The notes under the pieces are model-generated. The model had not been told where the DNA came from. It saw only the letters and a program-made list of their open reading frames with translations, and made no database searches. Below are positions 46,401 to 53,438 of a stretch of DNA of 64,000 bases, in pieces (position 1 is the first letter of the stretch; the number at the start of each line of letters is the position of its first letter). This DNA comes from Minisyncoccota bacterium (GTDB lineage: Bacteria; Patescibacteriota; Minisyncoccia; Phycocordibacterales; CAJBRS01), in NCBI GenBank assembly GCA_035652395.1, contig DASRDX010000009.1, positions 355,739 to 419,738 on the forward strand, given 5' to 3'. Made by a program: the position numbers and the translations under genes.

Positions 46401-46799
46401 CGTCATTTCCGAATCTGATTCCACCGTTACTCCAAGATAAAGGGTCTGATTAAAATTGATTCCGGTAAGCGGCGTAGTAGAGCCGAGCATCACACTGAAG
46501 AGTCCGCTTGTTACCTGAATTTTATTTGCTCCAGTGTCAGCTTCCGTCCAAATAGCGGCGCCTCCGGTTGAAACGGTGTAGAGTTTGAAAGTTATGTTAT
46601 AGAGACCATCGGCGACGGCAACGTTTGAAGCGTTGGTCAACTTGCCTTGATAATTAACCTGTTGATTGATGGCGGCTTGAACTAAAGTCCCATCTGAAAA
46701 AATAGATAAAAAAATACTCCCAGTGGTAAGGAGTGTAAGTATGAGGGACCTTACGAAAAACGTATTCAGTTGTCGGTTTCTTATAAGCCTATGGACCAT
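40500..46799 (-). CDS. Giant secreted surface protein 2 (about 2099 aa from ATG 46799; the ORF track gives a TTG start at 46835). It has a signal peptide, tail-fibre-like Gly-rich repeats, a CBM4_9-like jelly-roll domain and a C-terminal S74-like intramolecular chaperone domain. The same conserved Cys module and S/T tail as protein 1 follow.
   Basis: The ATG at 46799 is preceded by the same SD context (AGAGGGATTC) as gene 1. Signal peptide MVHRLIRNRQLNTFFVRSLILTLLTTGSIFLSIFS. CBM-like block NPGFEVNAAGWAITAG...YTLSFYSQASG...GGWKRFYCTFTSG...TFYLDAVQLQ at about 42265..42690. S74-like block DITDYSDYNGALKMILDSPLHYFRYKNE...KRIGYIADEV...NGLLMASVKSL at about 41200..41455. Confidence 0.8.
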   Translation of the reverse strand: MVHRLIRNRQLNTFFVRSLILTLLTTGSIFLSIFSDGTLVQAAINQQVNYQGKLTNASNVAVADGLYNITFKLYTVSTGGAAIWTEADTGANKIQVTSGLFSVMLGSTTPLTGINFNQTLYLGVTVESDSEMTPRKIIGAVPAAIEAYNLGGASSTQYLRNDQAGVLFASSTQTALAITQIGSGNIFSAGNNSSTFLSVLNNGNVGIGTSTPGSKLDVWGNLNVATGTTPTLFVNTATGNVGIGTTTAGYALTVAGTSNYTQPLYFNGISALLATGTKSFYLAGATPTTTAAVTGGNNFFAESSAGANNTTGNNNVFIGLTAGSKNTTGRDNIFLGSGAGNTTTSGYENIFLGNSAGYYNTTGFDNTFLGIGAGIQNTIGQSNNFIGNYAGANNTSGSSNSGIGQEILGGYAWNQGATPGPISNNIAMGDMGGGSLVTGSNNVFLGMNTGASMVTGSNNVLLGYNAGASLDNSSNNILIGYLASSILASANNFLNIGGALYGNLSTGNIGIGTTTPSQRLDIWGNLNVATSSTPTFLVNTATGKVGIGTSTPTTNLSVAGSGLFTGLTTISGAGTSTITDSLGISGSLSLTKTLFDGSATAGTLGMVLQTTGTSTRWVATSTLGISGGSGITSLNGLSGASQTFATTTTGTDFSIVSSGSTHTFNMPSASASNRGLLTSADWSTFNGKQAAITAGTGLSFTGNTLNSVWTTSGNNIFNNNTANVGIGTSSPIATLSVKGTSGTNPFIVASSTDSHLFAISQNGHVGIGVNASTLSNNAPMLVVAGDPTTSLGLQVGTGSNNYNFYTNGFNDLNANGAAMFRIYGQSGIQFRTQSTDPAVTLLNTGNFGIGTTTPSQKLDLWGNLNVATGTTPALFVNTATGMVGVGSSNPTAPLVISNGINNGGTFGTTTIFNNVTGSQNALITRIQDGLIDMGATYLSSPISTDLSFSTRASGGNLSEGMRLTSAGRLGVGSTTPFATLSVTGVGASDPFVVASSTGTQLFRILTNGNVGVGTTTPSSKLSVGGDINFTGALTPNGNAGTTGQVLQSAGAGVAPTWVSTSTLLANDFQQNGNSFGALATLGTIDNNSLAFKTFNQERMRLDTNGNLGVGTSSPSQRLDVWGNFNVATSSTSLFIANTAVGKIGIGTSSPSQLVDIWGNLNIATSSTPLFSANTATGKIGIGTASPNSTVDIASANVTTAGSVFGNLNVYTTNAQAADVGASITLGGYNDSPATALRVFGTIEARKEDATNGVTNSYLSFKNNTTGGLGEKMRITSAGSVGIGSSTPIATLAVKGYGGINPFIIASSTNTQLLTLLQNGNFGISTSTPGQTLTVAGTAVVMTPTNSSTAFQVQNSQGAPIFVVDTTSNNLLTNPGFEVNAAGWAITAGTGSTTRVTTNKYHGVSSLAVGDSATASSGAKTTLFTSALSSATQYTLSFYSQASGANFTIRAGIASDGVNEQTCTLNDTTVVTGGWKRFYCTFTSGTISGSPYIFIEQTDANGRTFYLDAVQLQTGAIATSYQIGSTQLRGVVNAPVSFQSTTNSVTALQIQGSTGNTNLFVADTLNGIINVGTSTGTSRLSIQGLAGANDLLDIASSTGTSALHISFNGNVGVGSSTPFATLAVTGIAGATNPFMVASSTNAQLLTLRPNGFFGVGSSTPFATLGVTGVGGANMSLLVASSSGAQQLYIAANGNIGIGGTSTIPRTFVDLEDADLGAGAAGRTLTIGRNTNASNGAGSINLISRTGIDKFIWSDSSGNVRVSTSSPTNANDASGVVIGAQTSTRDTKQDITDYSDYNGALKMILDSPLHYFRYKNEVEGYGSNSPLAKKRIGYIADEVDPQFMWGNVIDQVSVNGLLMASVKSLYASFSSSTASTTARLDAQDAFNASTTAALSAIDIRVKSLEDLQTSGGVTVSSGLGSEILSTLQSFGSEIVDGISYLKNVFAQHLTTQNLTIKGKDVSKTGFTIYDRGTGSPICVYFMNGEMKSDPGECPDSTSTSTDQVANVGAGSGNIITIDSNNNTVVVPDNTNNTSGSSTPVATSTVSNGDESSPVNSTEILPNPVPLPPAVDTGIGASVDNSGGEGSGGSLPVSTDISISNP

Positions 46800-46873
46800 T
46801 TCAGAATCCCTCTGAAATATATCCCCCTCGTTCAATTTAGAGTCCTGAACTAGACTTTTATCCCTCGTCTAAA

Positions 46874-46901
46874 ATTATAACCTACCTGAAAGCTTTGGCA
46901 A
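46874..46901 (-). promoter_or_regulatory. Putative sigma70-type promoter of giant gene 2.
   Basis: On the minus strand: TTGCCA, 16-nt spacer, TATAAT. Confidence 0.4.
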
Positions 46902-46994
46902 GTGATTTTGAGTTTAAACTTGACAACTTTATGGCTAAAATAGCTTGCGAAATAAAGCTGGATTGGCGAGGAGAAAAAAGAAGAAAGTTATCCA

Positions 46995-47036
46995 CAGATG
47001 AAGGGGCGCGGGCAAAGCCCGCGCCCCTTCATCTGT
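46995..47036 (-). terminator. Intrinsic terminator ending the WxL/DUF916/FN3 operon.
   Basis: cagatgaaggggcgcgggc-aaa-gcccgcgccccttcatctg, a perfect 19-bp stem. Confidence 0.6.
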
Positions 47037-47078
47037 CTTGTGAGTCAATTTCTATAATTCCCTTTTTCTTTTCCTAAG

Positions 47079-48434
47079 TTATCGCCAAATTAATTCCAGC
47101 ATCAAAAGAATGATTAAGAGGATCCAAAGCCAACTCCATCCAGGAAATTGTAGTTTATTTAAAAAACCGGAATCTTCTGAAGGCGGAATTGTTTGGAGCT
47201 TTCCTTTTTGTTGAATCAGGGTCGTGCCGTTAGCATCCACAGCGCTAATAAAAAATTCATACAAGCCGATTTTATGATATGCCGGTATCAAAGCTTCAAA
47301 AGTATTGTTACTCCCCTCTCGGGTTAAATTGTATACATTAAACTTATTGAAATCCTTTTCATCTTGGACACTTAAGATCACTTGATAAAAATTCTCTGGC
47401 AGACTTTCGGTAGATACAATGAACTTAATTGAATTATTACCCTCTACTTGTGCTAGATTATTGTAAAAATATTTCTGTTCATTGTTCTGTTCTATGCTAA
47501 TTCGGAATAAGTTCTTTGAAGTCGGAGATAAAATACTTGTAGAACTGGTAGCAACAAAGACCTGTTCATTCCGATTATTAAGAGCTGGTATGATTCGCAG
47601 ATGTAACAGTGCACCGGAGGAAAAATTACCGTCAATATTTTCCACGAAAGCGGCATAATAATAATCGTGATTAATTTGGAGCGGCCCATCCGTAACGGAA
47701 GTGCCCGTGCCCTTATAAATTTCTTTGCCATGTGCCGAGTCAATTGGATAATTAAAATCGGAACGAGTGAGGACTAAATCTCGAAAGGGTTGCTCCGAAG
47801 AATACTGCCACGTTAATTTAACCGATGATCCGACTAACTGATATGAGAAGTTCAAGATATTAATTGGTGATTGAAAAGGGCTTAAGGTAAGAAATGGAAT
47901 TGGACCGACAAAACTCGATTGACCCTTTCGATCGGTAGACTGAATCTTAAAATAATAAAGGGTGGCAGGTTCCAGATAATCAAGCTCAATCTGATGATTT
48001 ATACCGTAATTAATTTCGGTCACTCCTCCTTTCTCTGTATCGGCAGTCTTGCCCCAATTTAATAATCCGATTGATTCTCCAGTCGTTTGCCATTCTATTA
48101 AAACAGAGGTGTCGAAGAGATTAATAACTTTAATGCTTTGAGGTAAAACGGCGCTCGAAATACCGGAAGAAGTAACGGCAGTGAGCGGAGCCGGTCCGTA
48201 GTTAATGTTTGCAGAAGGCGCCGGAGTAGAAGAGGCATTACAATCTAAAGGACATCCGCCATAGGTCTCGCCGAATTGGGGTTCACAGATGTTGTTGTTA
48301 TTGCAATTATGGACCTGTAACTCAACAACGGAGGCAGTGTCGGCCGCTAAAGCGGCCGACACTGCAAAAAACGATAAAAATAGAGACCATCCAACAATAA
48401 TGGCCCCTATTAAAAAGACATTTCTAAAGGACAT
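47079..48434 (-). CDS. Surface protein with two fibronectin type III-like domains and a C-terminal TM anchor.
   Basis: Signal peptide. Cys-rich segment HNCNNNNICEPQFGETYGGCPLDCNA. FN3-like blocks SIKVINLFDTSVLIEWQT...LYYFKIQSTD and VKLTWQYSSEQPFRDLVLTRSDFNYP...YYYAAFVEN. C-terminal GWSWLWILLIILLMLELIWR. Confidence 0.5.
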   Translation of the reverse strand: MSFRNVFLIGAIIVGWSLFLSFFAVSAALAADTASVVELQVHNCNNNNICEPQFGETYGGCPLDCNASSTPAPSANINYGPAPLTAVTSSGISSAVLPQSIKVINLFDTSVLIEWQTTGESIGLLNWGKTADTEKGGVTEINYGINHQIELDYLEPATLYYFKIQSTDRKGQSSFVGPIPFLTLSPFQSPINILNFSYQLVGSSVKLTWQYSSEQPFRDLVLTRSDFNYPIDSAHGKEIYKGTGTSVTDGPLQINHDYYYAAFVENIDGNFSSGALLHLRIIPALNNRNEQVFVATSSTSILSPTSKNLFRISIEQNNEQKYFYNNLAQVEGNNSIKFIVSTESLPENFYQVILSVQDEKDFNKFNVYNLTREGSNNTFEALIPAYHKIGLYEFFISAVDANGTTLIQQKGKLQTIPPSEDSGFLNKLQFPGWSWLWILLIILLMLELIWR

Positions 48435-48435
48435 A

Positions 48436-49194
48436 CTATAGAGCCACGGCAGTAACCGTTACTGAAGCCTGATAAGTACCGGCTTCCTGAATCTTATTGG
48501 AACCGATTCCTACCTGATACTTAACGGAAGTGGTGGCCCCGTTTGGCTGATTATTGGTAGTGCCGAGAGCAATAGTTTTGGGACTCGTAGACATACCGTC
48601 CCAACATCGGTCCGTCGTATCCGTAGAACCAGTGTTGCAGGCACTACCATTATTGCGATAGCGGGAGATTACGTCTGAACCATGAGGGGAAAAACCAAAA
48701 GTGGAGGAAGCTGCTCCAACACTAAAAAGAAAATCAGGGGCAGCGCCGGCGGGGGCGTAATCCGTAATTGAAGCGCTGGTGCTGGTAGATTTTAGGGCGG
48801 GAGTAGTAGATGCCACGATAGAAAGTTGATAGCCTGCCGGATCATCTGTAACCACTATCCAATCCGATTGGGCTTGCACGGATCCACCGGAAATGCCGCT
48901 AATGTTCGGTAAGGAAATATTAACTGTATTAGATACAGAAATGTAGTTAGTCTGTAAGGCCTGATAGCCGGCGCTTAGACGATAGTTGGTACTTGAGCTG
49001 AAACCGGTTCCTACCTCCCCCACCGTACTTTCTTGTCTATAGTTACTACTGGTGCTAAAACCACCTCCAATATTCAAACTATCAGACTGAATCTTGTATG
49101 AGCTGCTCTGCATGACGGCGGCAAAAATAGAAAGCGGTATCAGAAGTATGGAAATTAAAATGACCAGTTTTAAAGTCTTGAAAATTTTTAGCAT
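48436..49194 (-). CDS. WxL-domain-like secreted surface protein (paralog A).
   Basis: Signal peptide. Motif DWIVVTDDPAGYQLS resembles the first WxL motif (TWxLxDAP). Paralogous to 50202..50873 over the C-terminal 150 aa. Confidence 0.4.
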   Translation of the reverse strand: MLKIFKTLKLVILISILLIPLSIFAAVMQSSSYKIQSDSLNIGGGFSTSSNYRQESTVGEVGTGFSSSTNYRLSAGYQALQTNYISVSNTVNISLPNISGISGGSVQAQSDWIVVTDDPAGYQLSIVASTTPALKSTSTSASITDYAPAGAAPDFLFSVGAASSTFGFSPHGSDVISRYRNNGSACNTGSTDTTDRCWDGMSTSPKTIALGTTNNQPNGATTSVKYQVGIGSNKIQEAGTYQASVTVTAVAL

Positions 49195-49230
49195 GAGATT
49201 TTTAGAGGCGCCGCGAAGCGGCGCCTCTTC

Positions 49231-50199
49231 CTACTTCCTCTTCAGTTCAAAGTTGCGTCTAAAGAAGTAGATAAGAGCGACTAAGATTAGTATGATGAGA
49301 ATAACGATGATCATGATCTTGTAAGGAATGACCCAGAAAGAAATAGTCATGTCATCAGTAGTGCTGGCGTACCCGCGATTAAGGGTAACCGTGGCAGTGT
49401 ATCTTCCGAGAGCAATATTCTTCCCCCACGGAATCTCCCGATAACGAAGTGAGTGAGGCAAAGCAAAGTAAGCATCAATTGGCAACTGATCAATCGTGGC
49501 TCCCCACATATTTTTGACCGTAATATAACCATAAGGAACGAGGTGAATGTTTCCATCGTTATTGAAGTAGACCTGAAAGGTTAAGTTGCCATTCTGATAA
49601 ATGGGTCCCGCTTCTTTGATGCGGAAATCGGATAGCCGACCACTTTGATTAACCGGCCCCAAAACTCGAACAAAAAGCAGGGACCCAATTCGGGAAATAA
49701 TAGTGGCTGCTTGGGCCGCCGCCGTACTTGAACCGGCATTTAATTTTGATGGCGCGTTTGAAACAATAACCGCTCCATAGAAACCGCCTGGTGCGGCATC
49801 TTTTGGTAGATCAACTTTGACCGGAATTTGAATACGTTCGCCAAAGTGAAGGGTAAATTGATTAACTTCCGGATGCAGGTAATCTTTCAAAGAGTACGGA
49901 CTTTTATCTCCTCCGAGCAGGACTACCGGCTGTTGGGGGTTGTTGGAACCGACTATGTCTTCAGATTTTATATCGAAGGTGACCGGATCTTTAATTCGGC
50001 TGGTAACACTGATATTAACAGTAGCGCTTTGACCCGGATTGAGATCAACTTCCTGCTTGGCAGGCTCTACCACGAAATCATTCCGATTTTCAACAGTCGT
50101 CTGGAAGACCGTGTAAGCGCGAATGGCAATAGCTCCAATCAAAAGAACGGCCAGTGTAGCACAAATCGAAATCAGAATTTTCTTTTGATTGAAAGCCAT
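49231..50199 (-). CDS. DUF916/DUF3324-like cell-surface protein (CscA-like WxL-locus partner). N-terminal signal/TM, C-terminal TM and a basic tail.
   Basis: 322 aa. N-terminal LISICATLAVLLIGAIAI. C-terminal IMIIVILIILILVALIYFFRRNFELKRK. Placed between two WxL-like genes in one operon. Confidence 0.35.
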   Translation of the reverse strand: MAFNQKKILISICATLAVLLIGAIAIRAYTVFQTTVENRNDFVVEPAKQEVDLNPGQSATVNISVTSRIKDPVTFDIKSEDIVGSNNPQQPVVLLGGDKSPYSLKDYLHPEVNQFTLHFGERIQIPVKVDLPKDAAPGGFYGAVIVSNAPSKLNAGSSTAAAQAATIISRIGSLLFVRVLGPVNQSGRLSDFRIKEAGPIYQNGNLTFQVYFNNDGNIHLVPYGYITVKNMWGATIDQLPIDAYFALPHSLRYREIPWGKNIALGRYTATVTLNRGYASTTDDMTISFWVIPYKIMIIVILIILILVALIYFFRRNFELKRK

Positions 50200-50201
50200 A
50201 A

Positions 50202-50873
50202 CTAGCTTGCCAAGGCCGTTCCGACAACTGTAGCCTTGTAGGCGGCGGAAGCTGTAGGAGTTGGAACAAAGAAATTATTTTGTTCAACGGCAAAGCAAAC
50301 TGTAGTTGTGACGCCGGTCGGAGTAGTAGTGGAAGTTCGGCTAGCAGCATTTACTTGGCTGATATAAGCGGCGGAAGAAGTGGCTAGCCCTTGATATTTC
50401 AGAGTAGTAGATGTTCCATTGGCGCTCGCTCCACAGGCTGCTCCAGTTCCCCAAGAACCCGTAGAAGTGTCAGTGCCGAAAGCAGTATAACCAAAGTAAG
50501 CGCTGCCGGAAGTGGCTACCCAAATGCTTGGAGCTGCCTTCTGGTAATCGGCGATACTAAAGGTAGGAGTTGGAGACATCTGCATGGCGGGAGTTCCAGT
50601 AGAAGTCATGGCCAGCGTGTAGCCGGCGGAATCGTTGGTGATAACCGTCCAAGTACTTGTGGCAATGGCCGAATTCTGAGTAATACCTAAGGCCGTACTC
50701 ATCGTCGTATCTCCGGAATTTGAGAGACTGATACCTTGAGTTACGTTTAAAGTAACGATTACTTGAGCGGTAACCGCTTTAGCGAACTGCGGCTCAAGTG
50801 CTCCGTAAGAGAAGAAGGCCAGCACCGCAATGACTAAGGTCGTAGAAAGAATAATACTAAGATGTTTTAGCAT
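50202..50873 (-). CDS. WxL-domain-like secreted surface protein (paralog B).
   Basis: Signal peptide. Motif TWTVITNDSAGYTLA. Paralogous to 48436..49194. Confidence 0.4.
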   Translation of the reverse strand: MLKHLSIILSTTLVIAVLAFFSYGALEPQFAKAVTAQVIVTLNVTQGISLSNSGDTTMSTALGITQNSAIATSTWTVITNDSAGYTLAMTSTGTPAMQMSPTPTFSIADYQKAAPSIWVATSGSAYFGYTAFGTDTSTGSWGTGAACGASANGTSTTLKYQGLATSSAAYISQVNAASRTSTTTPTGVTTTVCFAVEQNNFFVPTPTASAAYKATVVGTALAS

Positions 50874-50895
50874 TTAATTGTATTTAGATATCAAT

Positions 50896-50924
50896 ATTAT
50901 ACCCCGCCCCCTCTAGAGGCACAA
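50896..50924 (-). promoter_or_regulatory. Putative sigma70-type promoter of the WxL-like operon.
   Basis: On the minus strand: TTGTGC, 17-nt spacer, TATAAT. This lies about 25 nt upstream of the ATG at 50873. Confidence 0.4.
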
Positions 50925-51008
50925 GCAATAATATGATTAATGGGGATAAGTCTTATCCCAGAGAATCCCTCTCATAAATTACGACGAAAGGGGTGCCCAA
51001 ATCTTTCT

Positions 51009-52448
51009 TTAAGCCTTTAGGAGTTGTTCCAGAATCTCTCGGATTTTCTCAGGGTCGGCGGAGCCTTTTGTTTCTTTCATGGCCTGACCAACAAAGAATT
51101 GCAATGCGGATTGCTTGCCCCCCTTGAAATCGGCCACTACTTGAGGATGAGCGGCCACAATTTTCTCGAGCATTTGTTTTAGATCGGCCTCGTTGTGAGT
51201 CTGAAGTAGCCCCCCTTTTTCGGCAATCTGGCCTGGTTGGCCCCCATCTTTGTAAATAACGGTCAATATATCTTTGGCCGCTCGCGAGCTGATTTCGCGA
51301 GCGGAAATCATTTCGATCAGGTCGCCGAGATTTTCGGGACTGACCTTTCCAAAAATCTCGGCACTCTCTTCCTTTTTTGATAACCCGACTAAATCCGAAG
51401 TAATGTAATTTGAAGCCAGAACAATTTTTTTCTGATCATGGCCGAATTTTTTGACCGTCTCTTCAAAAAATTCGGCCACTCCTTTTTCTCTCACATACAT
51501 CTCCACATCTTCATTTTTTAAACCAAATTCCTTTTTATACCTCTCGCGTTTTTCGGCCGGCAACTCCGGTATCTCTTTTCTCAAAACTTCGGATTGAAAC
51601 TCCGGAATTTCGCTAATATAAAGTTTTGGTAAATCCGGATCGGGAAAATATCGGTAATCGTGTGATTCCTCCTTTTCCCGTTGCGAAAAAGTTTTTTGTT
51701 TATTTTCGTCCCAACCGCGAGTCTCCTGAACTATCTTCTCTCCCCGATCAAGCAAGTCGCCCATTCTTTCAATCTCATAAGCTATGGCCCTTTCGGCTGA
51801 CCGGAAAGAATTTAAATTTTTTACTTCCACTTTGGTGCCAAATTTTTTTGGATCACCACTGATAGAAATATTGGCTTCCACGCGCATCTCCCCTTTTTCC
51901 ATATTAGCTTCAGCCACAGCTAGAGTTTGCAGTAATAATTGTAATTCTTTGGCAAAAGCGCTTGCTTCCTCCGCGCTTTTAATTACCGGTTCTGTCACCA
52001 ATTCCATAAGCGGCACGCCAGCCCGATTAAAATCAACTAACGAAAAATCTCCCTGATCATGTTTAGACGTGGCGGTATCCTCTTCCAAATGTACGCGAGT
52101 CAAAGTTACTCCATTAATTGAGCCCCCTTTTACCAGAGGATATTTATATTGAGAAATCTGATAACCCTTTGGAATATCGGGGTAAAAATAATTTTTGCGG
52201 TCGAATTCAGTGAAATCGGCTAAATCCCCCCCAACGGCAAGTCCGATTTTTAGAACGCTTTTGACCGCTTCCTTGTTAATCACCGGTAGAGTGCCTGGGT
52301 GCCCCATGCAAACCGGACAAATGTTTACATTTGGTTTTTTTTCATCCGGATCATTCTTGGAATCACAGAACATCTTAGTCTTTGTCTTCAATTCAGCATG
52401 AATTTCCAGACCAATGGTCGTATGGTATTTATTTTCAGTAGCAGCCAT
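51009..52448 (-). CDS. gatB: Asp-tRNA(Asn)/Glu-tRNA(Gln) amidotransferase subunit B.
   Basis: TIGLEIHAEL, ICPVCMGHPGTLPVINKEAV, NYFYPDIPKGYQISQY. Confidence 0.9.
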   Translation of the reverse strand: MAATENKYHTTIGLEIHAELKTKTKMFCDSKNDPDEKKPNVNICPVCMGHPGTLPVINKEAVKSVLKIGLAVGGDLADFTEFDRKNYFYPDIPKGYQISQYKYPLVKGGSINGVTLTRVHLEEDTATSKHDQGDFSLVDFNRAGVPLMELVTEPVIKSAEEASAFAKELQLLLQTLAVAEANMEKGEMRVEANISISGDPKKFGTKVEVKNLNSFRSAERAIAYEIERMGDLLDRGEKIVQETRGWDENKQKTFSQREKEESHDYRYFPDPDLPKLYISEIPEFQSEVLRKEIPELPAEKRERYKKEFGLKNEDVEMYVREKGVAEFFEETVKKFGHDQKKIVLASNYITSDLVGLSKKEESAEIFGKVSPENLGDLIEMISAREISSRAAKDILTVIYKDGGQPGQIAEKGGLLQTHNEADLKQMLEKIVAAHPQVVADFKGGKQSALQFFVGQAMKETKGSADPEKIREILEQLLKA

Positions 52449-52469
52449 TTCTAAAATATAACACGGCAG

Positions 52470-53435
52470 CTATTTTCTCAAAATCTTAAGAATTTCTTTC
52501 TTCAAGTTTTCAATCGATTGCTCGTCGTAACCCGAGACTGTAAAAATACGGGAATTTTTGGCAGAGAGCATTTTTTTGGCCTGCTCAATAATCTCCGGAG
52601 TGACTACATCGCTTTTAGTCAGAATGATAACTTCCGGTTTTTTAGCCATTTCCGGATCAAACTTCTCAAGCTCTTTTCGAATGATGCTGTAACTCTCTAA
52701 GATATCTCCCTCGAGCGAAATGCAGTGAAATAAAATTTTAGTGCGTTTAACGTGACGCAAAAATTTCTGACCTAAACCTTTTCCTTCCGAGGCTCCTGAA
52801 ATTAAGCCAGGGATGTCAGCCAAGATAAATTCATAAAATGCCCCAAGATTCGGTTCAAGTGTCGTAAATTGATATTGCCCCACCCGCGCTTCCGCTCCGG
52901 TCAAAGCATTTAAGAGACTTGATTTGCCAGCATTCGGTAATCCAATCAAACCGGCAGCAGCCACCAACTCTACCTCGATAAAGAAATCCGCTTCTTCCCC
53001 ATCTTTGCCCAACGTAAATTCTTTTGGGCGAATATTAGTGGAAGCTTTGAAATGTTCGTTGCCTAATCCGCCGCGACCGCCCTTAAGAAGTAGGGCGGTC
53101 GCTTCTTTCTCATCCAAGGAAATCTTCTTCTCCGTTTGAAGGTTAGTTAAGACTGATCCAATCGGAACATTGATAATAAGGTCGGCACCATCTTTACCAT
53201 GCATGCTTTTTTTCATACCGCTTTCTCCGTTTTCAGCCTTAAATTCTTTTTTGTTTCGATAGTGAGATAGAATATTCAAATCGCTGACCGCTCGGGCATA
53301 AACGTCTCCCCCGCGGCCCCCGTTTCCTCCGGAGGGTCCCATGAATTCTTTACCTTTCTCATGCAGCCAGCGCACTACTCCGTCTCCTCCTTTACCGGCT
53401 TTAATATGAATTTTTAATTCGTCAACGAAAGGCAT
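52470..53435 (-). CDS. obg: GTPase Obg (short form lacking the C-terminal OCT/TGS extension).
   Basis: Obg-fold Gly-rich N-terminal domain FVDELKIHIKAGKGGDGVVRWLHEK...GGNGGRGGDV. G1 motif GLPNAGKSSLLNAL. Confidence 0.85.
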   Translation of the reverse strand: MPFVDELKIHIKAGKGGDGVVRWLHEKGKEFMGPSGGNGGRGGDVYARAVSDLNILSHYRNKKEFKAENGESGMKKSMHGKDGADLIINVPIGSVLTNLQTEKKISLDEKEATALLLKGGRGGLGNEHFKASTNIRPKEFTLGKDGEEADFFIEVELVAAAGLIGLPNAGKSSLLNALTGAEARVGQYQFTTLEPNLGAFYEFILADIPGLISGASEGKGLGQKFLRHVKRTKILFHCISLEGDILESYSIIRKELEKFDPEMAKKPEVIILTKSDVVTPEIIEQAKKMLSAKNSRIFTVSGYDEQSIENLKKEILKILRK

Positions 53436-53438
53436 AAT

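Noticed and set aside
34447-46835. Possible CRISPR array or other non-coding repeat array, suggested by the strong DNA periodicity
   Set aside because: The repeats are in frame within two long intact ORFs. They encode Gly-rich protein repeats (GNVGIGTT...) at about 80% identity. There are no short identical direct repeats with unique spacers, and no cas genes.
34447-50924. Prophage or phage-tail-like particle locus, given the S74 and tail-fibre-like features
   Set aside because: There is no terminase, portal, capsid, sheath/tube, baseplate or integrase gene. Flanking genes are cellular: gap upstream, gatB downstream. The proteins have Sec signal peptides.
50936-50956. Short hairpin ggggataag-tc-ttatcccc downstream of gatB
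   Set aside because: The stem is only 8-9 bp and has no T-run. It may be a weak terminator, but support is insufficient to list it as a feature.
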